Source: Lingula anatina (Eukaryota; Animalia; Brachiopoda). From it: a stretch of 64,000 bases of DNA. This document shows, piece by piece, positions 53,871-64,000 of the stretch (positions within the stretch are counted from its first letter, which is position 1; every line of letters begins with the position of its first letter). A program made the position numbers and the translations under genes. The DNA is taken from the NCBI GenBank assembly GCA_051362555.1, contig CM120642.1, positions 28,272,001 to 28,336,000 of the forward strand, read 5' to 3'. The notes under the pieces were generated by a model. That model had not been told where the DNA came from. It saw only the letters and a list, made by a program, of their open reading frames with translations, and made no database searches.

Positions 53871-54917
53871 ATGAACAACTCAAGCGCTGTAAACGCAAGT
53901 TTGTTACATGGTTTCGAAATTGACTTTCCATCTAGTGTAACGCAGCGATTTTTGCATTTCACCTCCACTTTTTTGAGTATCTTCATAACCTTCATGACAG
54001 CAGGGCATGTTTGTGTGTTTCTGTGTTTCTACAAGGATCGATCACTCAGAACACCATTCAACTGCTACGTGGTGGCACTGTCGGTGGCGGACTGTCTGAT
54101 ATCCATCATCGCAGCCCCGATTCACTCAATACAGCAACTCAGCACCAATGGATTGGCGCCGGAAATATGCACTGTCAAAATCACCGTGGCCACCTCCTCC
54201 ATTGCCTACTCCCTTCTTTCCATGGGGGTGATCGCTGTCACTAGGTTGCTGGCCGTGTTGAAGCCCTTGAAGTATAGGAGCATGACGATCAAAACCGTTA
54301 TCTTCGTGATAGGTGTACAGGCTACTGTTTGCATAGTAGTGACCGCACTGATGCAGGGCTCCCCCAACGTTACCTGGTCGTGTCGTCTGATGCACATGAT
54401 GCACACGAAAGAGGCATATGAGAAGGCATTCGTTGTCTTCGCCAGAGAGCGAGGCAAAGCAGTCAGCGAATACTGGTGGATTTCAATCCCATGCATTGCT
54501 CTAGTCAGTTTCCTGGTCACAACCGTTTCATATGTGCGTATGTTTTTTGCGTTGCGATCTCGTCCTACCAACATTGTTGTTCCTCAGAACCAAAGTGAAG
54601 CTGGTCTGCAGATCGAAAATGAAGCTGGTCCGCAGATTGAAAATGAAGCACCTGAAACCCAAGCCACAGTAACAACCCAGGGTGCATACAAGGCAGACAT
54701 TCTGACACTACAAACTGCATTTATACTAACTTTGGCTTTCTTCGTTTGCTACATCCCGTCCTTTGTGATAGGATTTTTGGTCGGATCAGGGAGTGGTTAC
54801 CTCTATCCGATTGTAACTTCACTCACGTACTTTCACTGTGTTCTAAATCCTTTCGTTTATTTGTGGAAATCGCAGCAATTTAGAAAATCTATCAAGAAGT
54901 TGCTTACCTGTTTTTGA
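53871..54917 (+). CDS. Intronless class A (rhodopsin-like) orphan GPCR, 348 aa
   Basis: Seven hydrophobic segments and N-terminal N-glycosylation sequons. Motifs LRTPFNCYVVALSVAD (TM2), IAVTRLLAVLKPLKY (TM3), FFVCYIP (TM6), NPFVY (TM7) and helix 8 FRKSIKKLL. The first ATG is at 53871; the ORF track starts at a TTG. Confidence 0.93.
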   Translation: MNNSSAVNASLLHGFEIDFPSSVTQRFLHFTSTFLSIFITFMTAGHVCVFLCFYKDRSLRTPFNCYVVALSVADCLISIIAAPIHSIQQLSTNGLAPEICTVKITVATSSIAYSLLSMGVIAVTRLLAVLKPLKYRSMTIKTVIFVIGVQATVCIVVTALMQGSPNVTWSCRLMHMMHTKEAYEKAFVVFARERGKAVSEYWWISIPCIALVSFLVTTVSYVRMFFALRSRPTNIVVPQNQSEAGLQIENEAGPQIENEAPETQATVTTQGAYKADILTLQTAFILTLAFFVCYIPSFVIGFLVGSGSGYLYPIVTSLTYFHCVLNPFVYLWKSQQFRKSIKKLLTCF

Positions 54918-55098
54918 AATTTCACAAGGGAACTTTACCAAGAAATTATTGACATCATGCAGACTATCAAAAAAAGTGTGATCATAATTTGGCATAGAAA
55001 AAATCTGAACGTTAAAAAATCCCGTCAAAATATGCCTAAAACTTAAAATGGACTTTTATGTCGTGGCAGACATCGTGGCTGAGGTAATTATTATTGTC

Positions 55099-55156
55099 AT
55101 TATATTATATTATATTATATTATATTATATTATATTATATTATATTATATTATATT
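55099..55156. repeat. (ATTAT)n pentanucleotide microsatellite
   Basis: About 11 consecutive units. Confidence 0.9.
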
Positions 55157-56378
55157 TGTTCTTTGATAATGTTGGTTTCATGTTTAGCGGCCACATTCTA
55201 AATCAGTGAAAATTATAAATTAACATGTAGCAAATGGAGCTAGTGGAATTGATTACCCAACAAAGGAGTTGGCTTTTCTTTACAACTTCAGCACTTTAGC
55301 ACGTGTAGTGTCTGAAGTTCCGCATTTAGCACGAAGCCACTGTCATCATGTTTCAATGAATAGTCAGAGACAATAATTGTAATTTAATCGGTTCTCTCTT
55401 CCAGCGCCATAGATTGATTTTTTTCACTAGATATTCAGAGATACGTCTCAGGTTAAATTGACGATAATTCTCTGCACTGTGAGCAGACAAAAAGTCTACA
55501 AAATATAATGTGCAGTAATTGGCATAGAATAGAACTTATATCCAGGTATTTTCTGTGTGATTAAACCAGATATCCAGCCGAATATGTAAGTCAAAAAATT
55601 TATCATTATATCATGTATTCTGCATTATGCTCTTGTGTATATAATAACAGGTCAGCAGTGTTGTGGAAATAAGATGTGTTTTTGGTATCGTGTTGCACTG
55701 AGCACAAGTGCACCTTTTCTCATACAGTAATTTCGTTTGACTTAATAAAATTTTCCGGTGTGAACAAAACTACTTCAGTTTCATCAATCTGTTACCTATA
55801 CCTATTTTGAAAATACAATTTCTATAAAGAATTTTTAGTCAGATAAATAACTGAATACCAAGGATGAAAAATTCCAAAAGCAACTTTTTAAAATAAAATT
55901 TCGGTTACTCGAAATAGAATTACCGAAGTAGGTACACATGTAGAATTTTTACCGTCGAGCGACTCGATCAGACAGATAATTTTACTCGATTCGTAAAAAG
56001 CGGGCGCGTTGTTTCCGGTCTACAGTAGGGTTCATAAGTAAGTTTCCGTTAAATTCCATTTTACAGCGTTTAAAATATTTCAATCCCTAGTTTGTGAATA
56101 GAAGGTGGTGGGCAAACAATGGAAAACCATATCAAGTCCGTCAAATTTTAAACGAAATAACACAAAAGCTCTGACGGGATTACACAATAGCTTCTAAGAC
56201 GGAATAAGCAATAGCTTAGACGGAATTACACTATTTAGCCAAGCTATAGCCCTATAAACGGTCCATGACGCCGGTATCAGTGCGAGCGCGAAGATCCGCT
56301 GTAATCATGTGTCATTAACAGCGGGGAAACATCAGCTAGAAGATCAACATTCATACATGAAAATTATCAGACACAAGC

Positions 56379-56666
56379 CTAGAAAAGCACTTAGAGAGCG
56401 CAGACCTCTGCCAAGGCAGCAAAATCTCCATCCAATGACGTTTCACCCCTAAATTTTCGATATTTTTTATTATTAATTATTGATTGATTATTGATTCAGA
56501 TTACCACCAAAAACTAATCATCTGGTCCTTGGCCCACGTCTGACAGTTCCTGAAAATTTCATCAAAATCGGTCCATAACTTTTTCTGTAATGTTGCTAAC
56601 AGACAGACTGACTGACAGACAGACAGACTAACGGAACCAAATACATAACCTCCTTGGCGGAGGTAA
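56379..56666 (+). mobile_element. HINE-like element, copy 2
   Basis: Homologous to 15988-16261, with a (CAGA)n microsatellite and the end AACCTCCTTGGCGGAGGTAA. Confidence 0.75.
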
Positions 56667-56966
56667 TAAACAATTATAACTGATAATGGGAAATATTCCT
56701 ACAGTAAACACAAACACGCCGTATAGAGATGCACATTATGTGCATTGGGTTTATGCAACAGACCCAGTAGATCTATCTAGGCTCGTAAGGAAATGAATTT
56801 TGATCCAATTAAAACACCCATTATATTTGATAATATTTACAATAAATATAAGCCAACTTCTAAATCAGGTTTGTGCATAAAGCTGTTCCTTATTTCAATA
56901 GAACACATTCTTCTAAGTTACAAAATAATATAGGTAATACAATTTTCCTACTGTAGCGTTTGTGGC

Positions 56967-57044
56967 ACCCTGACCTTCAGAGATAACTTGAAGATAGGTT
57001 ATAGTGAAGAGGTTAGTGTTAAGTTATCTCTGAAGCTTAGGGTG
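56967..57044. repeat. Short fold-back element
   Basis: Inverted arms CACCCTGACCTTCAGAGATAACTT / AAGTTATCTCTGAAGCTTAGGGTG. Confidence 0.65.
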
Positions 57045-57099
57045 GTTTGTGGTGGCAGTGCACAAAATCCCTTTTTTTTTTTTTTTTTTCGTCAATTCT

Positions 57100-57979
57100 G
57101 ATGAATATTACATAATGACCAATTTTTAATTATCTGCTACCATACGACTTCATACCCGTGGGAGTTCAATGTCACACCTTGAAAATGCCAATATGTAAAA
57201 ATGATTTTGTTTTTCTCAAAACAACTGCATAACTTCCTGAAAAAGAATCCAATCAGTCTGGTTTCCCAACCGAAGCTGCAATACAGTTCTTTGAATCTTT
57301 TCTGTAAGTTTGATAATCACAAGTAACATGGTTTTCCTTAAATGGTCATTATGACATGATAAATGCCCAAAAGAGGGTTTGCTTTGAAGTAATATTACAT
57401 AATGATAATCCCCACCATTTTTAATATAATGTAAGTATCATGGATATATTCAGAAAATGTGACTAGCAAAGACCTTCAGGCTCATAGAAGTTAGAAGTCA
57501 CACCTTGAAAATGCCATGATGTGAAAAATGAGGATTTCACAAATATGCGTAACTTTAAATAAAAATTAATCCGATTAAGCTGGTTTTCAAATTTTAGTTA
57601 TATTCATAGGTCTTACAAGTTTGAAGACAATAAGTTAAACAGTTTTCCATGATAATGCTGTCTGTACTGCATGAACTGTAATATTTTCTGAACAAAAAAC
57701 AAAACAAAATAGGTAGCATGATATTTGAAAAAATGATCCGATCAAACTGTTTTTTGTTCAGTCTCAACCTGTATCCTTCTCACATTCACCAGTCCTGTCT
57801 GAACACAAAAGGTTTAACGATTTTCTATGAGATGTGTTCTATGTATTGCATATTGTATAACACATGTTGGAAAAAAGCATAACTTCGAGAAAATGGTCTG
57901 ATCGAGCTGATTTTCGAAGTTGAACTGCATTTTACTAACACTGATTACTCCTGTAAGTTAGATCTTTCGGTTTTCCTTG

Positions 57980-58027
<48 letters not shown>

Positions 58028-58268
58028 TATTGGAGATAGTATAATATATGCAAAAAAAGCTTAACTTTTGGAAAAATGGTCCGATCAAACTGATTTTTGA
58101 ACTCGACCTTTATCTTATGAATAATCATCAGTTCTTTTAGTTTGAAAACAATAGGTCAAGCCCCTTATCCTGTTATCTCCGTAAGCATTAGGGGACAAAG
58201 GCGAAGACGGCTACGACAGACGCAGGTGAAGGCTATATGTGCACAGATATCTGTGTCTGTACATAAAG
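57100..58268 (+). mobile_element. Helitron/HINE-like element with degenerate internal tandem array
   Basis: A recurring unit (...ataactt...aaaatg(a/g)tccgatcaa(a/g)ctg...) appears at ~57241, 57563, 57729, 57891 and 58073. It ends in a (gac)-rich tract and a small terminal hairpin. Confidence 0.5.
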
Positions 58269-58454
58269 AAATAAAGAAGTGGTTAAAAAGTCTTCTACCC
58301 ACGTCAGATTTCTACATAAAGTCGATAAGCGCGTGATGATAATGTCACACCCGAACAATCATTTCCAGGTGTAACAGGAAACCATTGTACTTCTGAAGCA
58401 CGCAAATCAAAACTTGGATTAGCATGTGAAAATTTAGTCACGGAGACCTTCTGA

Positions 58455-61400
58455 TTAGAATTACGTCTTCTGTAATTCCATACATGAATCGGTGTGGTCT
58501 GGAAGTATTGGAAAGTTCTGCTTAATCGAATGTTTTGTCAAAGCTATGTGTTGTCTCTAAAAACCCGAGAGATTATTGAAAAGGCTAGCCCTTCGTGGAG
58601 GCCACGTGGTCCGAAAGCAAGCAGAGATTCAAGAAAAATTACGATAACCTCTGTTTTTGTGATGAAATAGAAATTATTATATTAGTTGTTTACGATGTAT
58701 TTATACTCATACGAAGAGTTGTTATCCCTTGAAATAATATTATGACCTAAATACCAAAAACTCCAGGAAGGTCTGCACACGTAAATCACAGAGTGTGATA
58801 TTATATTCTGCACTTATTAATAAAAATTTGACCATGTAAAGTATTCAGTATGTCAAATTAATTCCATATATATTGTTAATCATGCTTCGCTGCCTATTGT
58901 TAGTTAGAAACTCACATCCTAGGGCTAATTTCTTTATGATTCCAAATAAATACAGTTTATCAACATTTTTTGTGCTCGAGAGTTTGAGACCAAAATTTTG
59001 AACAGCTCAAAACTTTTGCTCCAGTTTTACAATCTCTCAATAATTGCAAGAACTGACTGAGAATAAATAAGAATCAGCAACGAGCTTAAAGGATTTTTAT
59101 CACGATTAAACTAAGAACCCTGGAATTTACCAATTCCTGGAATTCGTGACAAACATGATATATAATTTGTAATAATTAGTTGAATTTAAGATATTGTGAT
59201 TGCATCTGGCAGGAAACCATTTCAGCTCTGATACGGTAATTATGTACAGCACGGTATCACAGCATGCGATGAATTAGGTGGATGGCATGGGCTCAGCTGT
59301 CATCGGAGGTCTCTGGTCGTCTTGCCTTGCTCTAAGGTTAATTCAATGCAATTTTTTTATATCCAAAAAGATATGTCGTTTGGAAAAACAGATTTTGAAA
59401 ATAGTACGTAGACACTAAATTTAGTGACCCGAAACGTAGTGCCAATTCTGAAAGTTGACAATCACACCCGTGGGCTACTTTTTTCAATGAGTATATTACA
59501 TATATTAACCAAACTTAATTTTTTCTAAATGTATACAACAAACAATTCCATTCTTTAAAAGCGGGCCAGCAACGGTTCTGCATTCAAATACTAAACATAG
59601 TGAGTTCTCAAACCCCATGGTGATAGTACACGATTGGCCATCTCTCGAAAGAACCTTAGACCAACATTTAAGTCTAATTTGACCAACAATACATGGAATA
59701 GATTTGTGGTATTTCATTCAAATAATTTGCACTCAATTGAATGAGACTAAATTTTTTTGTCTTTTGATTGAAGCCAACATTCAGTTTAAAATCAATTTGC
59801 GAAACCAGTCCCACGAGGCCTTGTGACTGAATAATGACAATAATCATGTCTTTAGTCCAACATAGATACAAATTCGTGAGTTAAAAATCTGCAAAGCCAT
59901 CAGTAAGAATCCTTTCAAAATGTGATTACAAATGACACAAAACAATTCCATCACTAATGCAGTTACTTTTTTATTTAAATGCGATTTTTATTTTCTTTTT
60001 TTCATAGTTAAAAAACTATGTCTTAAAGATATATTAAATAACTACAGTACAAAACCTACAATGATATTGAAATTATGCTTTCACAGAAATTGATATTCAG
60101 ATCATACAGGTAATTATATTAAAAATTACTTTGCGTAACTGTGGTATTTGATCAAGGATATTCTTTCTCTCGTTGCAGTATATTGTAACATAATGTGCCG
60201 CTGTCTTTGTTGTCTTCAAGTTACATGCTTGTGAAATATATTTGAATTCTTTGTTATTGAAGTTTCTGCCGAGTCCAGTGCCAGGAATTCTCATAGGTAT
60301 CAAGGGAATGGGATCAATGGGGAAGAGATATTCTTTACAATGTGGTTAAGAACGGGGCTATGAGATGGCTACCAGTCGGCACTATCTAGCATTTTTTGTA
60401 TTTCTTGGATGTGTATATTAATTGACCTGATTGCTGGTTAAATTGACCTGGTTGTTGTAGGTGAATATTGTTTAATGTATTTATTATCATTGGCCTGTGT
60501 AATGTAATTGAATGTAATTTACAATGTCCCAAAAGCCCCATATTTAATAGTTTTGATTTCGTCAAAGTCAGAATCATTAATCATATATCTAATAAAGCTT
60601 GGTTTGAAAATATACCAGGGTGGGAGAAGTTAGTAGGAAGCTTTTCTTACTTGAGATGACAATTTCTATTAGTCACTTATAAAAATTGCCACCCTGCTGT
60701 TTGGGCGCATTCTGTAGAAATGGAAAAGCAAGATAATTTCCGGAAGAACCAGGAGTTGGCTGATGAGTGAATGGATAAGTAAGAATCATTGGGAAGAACT
60801 ATTGCTTAGAAACCCTTGGAACGAATCTACAAGCAGGACGCTACAACTTTACCAACTTCAAGCAGTAATAAAAAAAATGCATGGCTATTGGATCTCCATA
60901 TATTTTTGCCGTAACTGCAGATCTATTCAAGTCAAGACGGGACTTTCTTGAGAAAAAAGTAATTTTTCTTTGATCAACAGCTAATATTGACATGTAGTAT
61001 TGCTTCCAATACTTCGATGTCTCTCAGGGCCTCTTCATATAACAAAGTTTATTTGATAAAAAGCTGGGTCACTGTGAGATATATTGAAGGTTATATTTAA
61101 TTAGCTGTCAATATTAGCTTTTGGTTGAAGAAAAATTACTTAACTCTTATACCATAACACAGCTGATGAAATCCTTCTCTGAGACTTTTCTAACAAACAA
61201 CCAGAGTAGATTAAAACTAGTATCTTAATACGTTGCAAATTCTTTGCCCAGATCCCAATGCATTTCCAAATCGTGTGCCAATTTCAAAACAATATTCTCA
61301 TGTTGTGCATGTCACAGTTTGGCTTTTGTTCATCGAGTGCTCTTTTTTTTCATTATTTTATTGTCATTGTCTGTGAAGTACACATCCTCTCGCTTTCTCG

Positions 61401-62850
61401 ATAGAGCCGATAAACAGGTGATAATTAGGAGGAGCTTTTAATCACCAGGAAACGTTCTGAAGTGTGACATGAAACCATTTCATAATGCTGACAGGCACGA
61501 TTGCTCACGATTCGGTAGCATTTGTTACAGAACAGATTTCTCCCGAGTGTAATTACAGATACCATAAAACCATTATATCCCTAACGCTATTCTGCGTCAG
61601 CGACTTGCTGATTTGAAGTACGTCTTCTGTAATTTCATACACAAAGCGGTATGGTCTGGAAGTATTGGAAATTCTGTTAAGTCAAATCTTTTATCAAAGG
61701 TGGCTCACGTGTTGTCTCTAAAAACCCCAAAACTACACAACTGTATTTCAAAATCTGAACGTCTTTTATTCCATATTTACAGTTCAGTACTTTGTCTAAT
61801 TAACAATTGCACATTGGTTGCACAGAGACGTGTTGAAGCCCATCGTGAAAAAAGCACTTGTAAAAATGTACGAGTAGGAATACTAACAGTTGCTTGTTGC
61901 GGCTGACCTCAAAATGACTCATATTCCATGCATGTGTGAGTACTTATACCCATTACAATGAAATTTGATTTGACAAAAATAAAATAAATAAATGAATAAA
62001 AATGAAAATTAAGAAAGAAAGACTCTGTCAATTAATGTTATGACATATATAAAAATAACTCCAGAAAGTTTTGCACAAGTAAATTACAAAGTTATATATC
62101 AAAATCTGCAGCTCATCAAAGTAACTTGAACATATTGAGTATTCTGAAAACATGCAGTGTGTCAATTAATCCCCTATATGTGTTGAAAAGCATGCTACAC
62201 AATTCATATTCTTAGGCAAGACAATCAGATCTTAGAACTAATTTAGGATTCCAAATAAATAATAACAGAACTTAATTGCCTTTAAATGTCTACAATATTC
62301 ACTTTTTTAAAGACGACCAATAACATTTCTACATTCATATACTTAAAAAATAGTGTTCAAACTCTTTGACCATAGAACACCAAGGTGCAGTTTCCCCAGA
62401 GAACTTTAGATCAACAGTTAACTCTATTTTGACCCAAGGTAAATCTATGCATTGAAATGATATATTGAACCACATTTACCACACAGAAAAACTGTTTAAG
62501 GTCAGTAGTTTACAGTGGACAACAGTATTTTTCTAAATTGAATTAGACTACAACTTTAGTCTGTATCAACTTCCAGTCTAAAATTCATTTCTAAAACTGG
62601 CCTTGGAGGACCTCTGACAGAATGGCATGTAGAACCACATCAAATCTTCAGTACGTGGGTACATTGCCTCTATTGAGCAATTAGATATCTTGGTTACAAG
62701 GGGTGACATTACACCAGTCTATTTCTGATGTGGTTATTTTGCAAAGCTGAGAACATGATATATAATTTGGTAGCATTAGTTGAATTACCGATATCAAATG
62801 AAGGGTGCTTACAGGTAGCATGAAACTATTTCATCTCTGATATGGTTATT
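58455..62850 (+). repeat. Old, diverged tandem segmental duplication (~58455-59240 vs ~61615-62850)
   Basis: Collinear similarity blocks at 58462/61619, 58741/62040, 58846/62156, 58938/62247 and 59152/62752. Confidence 0.75.
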
Positions 62851-64000
62851 TTTTGCACAGAATCATTCCCTTTCTGAGACACTTTGTAAAGGAGAACTTG
62901 CCTGTAAAAATAATCTCACAGCTACATAATGCTTTGACGCATGTCTTATGCAACTTCACACAGAAATTAGCATGGCCAAGGAATATTGGAAACACTGTTT
63001 CTTCTATTTGTCAAATATAAGGATTCTTTAACAAAACCACATGGTTCAAAGTCCTGAAGTGATGTTTAATAAGGATGTGCAACTTTGCAAACTGGCAAGA
63101 GTATATGTTTAATTTTTGTGTAAGCTATATAATGTCATCAGCATGAGAACCATTCCTTCTCATGCTCAGTTCACTTGAAGCCAGCCTGACAATATTTGTT
63201 AACTAACAAACAGCACTAATTCTGTAACAATTTAGTTAAATACAATGTATTGTGCACTGATGACCTGTAGAATTCAATCAAAGTAAACAACAATGTAACC
63301 TTTAATGTAATAAGCAGCTGTAGTAAAACGGACAACCACTGTGAAATATAATACATCAACAGTAGCAGCAGACCACATAATAAATTCATAATGATAAAGG
63401 TTACATTCACTGCACATTCATTCAAATATGGGTATCTTAAACATTACAGCAAAGTACCACATAGACAGCATCCCACACAGCTACTAATACTGATTGATAT
63501 GGAATTCTGATAATCAGATATACTGATAAATTAACTAACTAGTTGTGCTTTGCAACACTTCTGCTATCACGGAATCAGCTTCACACACTAATAACAAAGA
63601 ACATGAAATTAAAGCACACATAAGCCAGCGATTTCTTGTGCTAAATTCTATATTGATATCACATGCATTTATTAAGTAAAGCGCACTGGCATTAAAATAA
63701 TGAGGAATGATTATATGCAAATGACAACGAAATAGAATAACTTTTTTTAACAAACTTGTGCCGAACTGCACAAGTTTGGACATTCAAAAGATAATCAAAT
63801 TTGTATCATATCTTAAAACACCAGCTATTTCAGCCAAAAAGGAGAATTTACAAATCCCCCTTTTTGTAGCAGTTACATTTTCTTAACCTTCAGGTCGTTT
63901 TGCTTGGAAACAATTAAACCTATCAGCCAACAAAACCTTTGGGAACATCTGCACGATAATATGCACGTGACCAGAACTTTGAAAAATTTAAAACATAGCA

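Noticed and set aside
54011-54574. Alternate-frame and antisense ORFs over the GPCR, and similar ones over paralogue exons
   Set aside because: Shadow ORFs of real coding sequence.
57100-58268. CRISPR-like repeat/spacer pattern
   Set aside because: Eukaryotic context, long degenerate units and no cas genes; it fits the internal array of a Helitron/HINE-type repeat.
59505-60303. Short minus-strand ORFs
   Set aside because: No consistent splice structure or recognisable motif.

Overview
AT-rich, intron- and microsatellite-rich animal genomic DNA, resembling a marine invertebrate (lophotrochozoan-like; the species cannot be determined). Contents from left to right: (1) two minus-strand CD225/dispanin (PRRT1/IFITM-like) genes, the first with a tandemly duplicated coding exon feeding one shared last exon; (2) three intact 12-exon paralogues (-, +, -) of an uncharacterised secreted 571-aa protein, each starting with an ATG-only coding exon, plus a relic of a fourth copy; (3) two intron-containing elongator tRNA-Met(CAT) genes, apparently nested antisense in intron 1 of the third paralogue, and a decayed intron-bearing tRNA-Tyr body carrying a GCA anticodon; (4) a 3-exon MRPS2 gene; (5) an intronless class A GPCR; (6) a decayed Tc1/mariner element, an RTE-LINE 3' stub, many MITEs/HINEs and an old non-coding tandem duplication. 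Exon structures were assembled by hand from GT-AG sites and phase matching. Family assignments come from motif recognition only; no database search was run.
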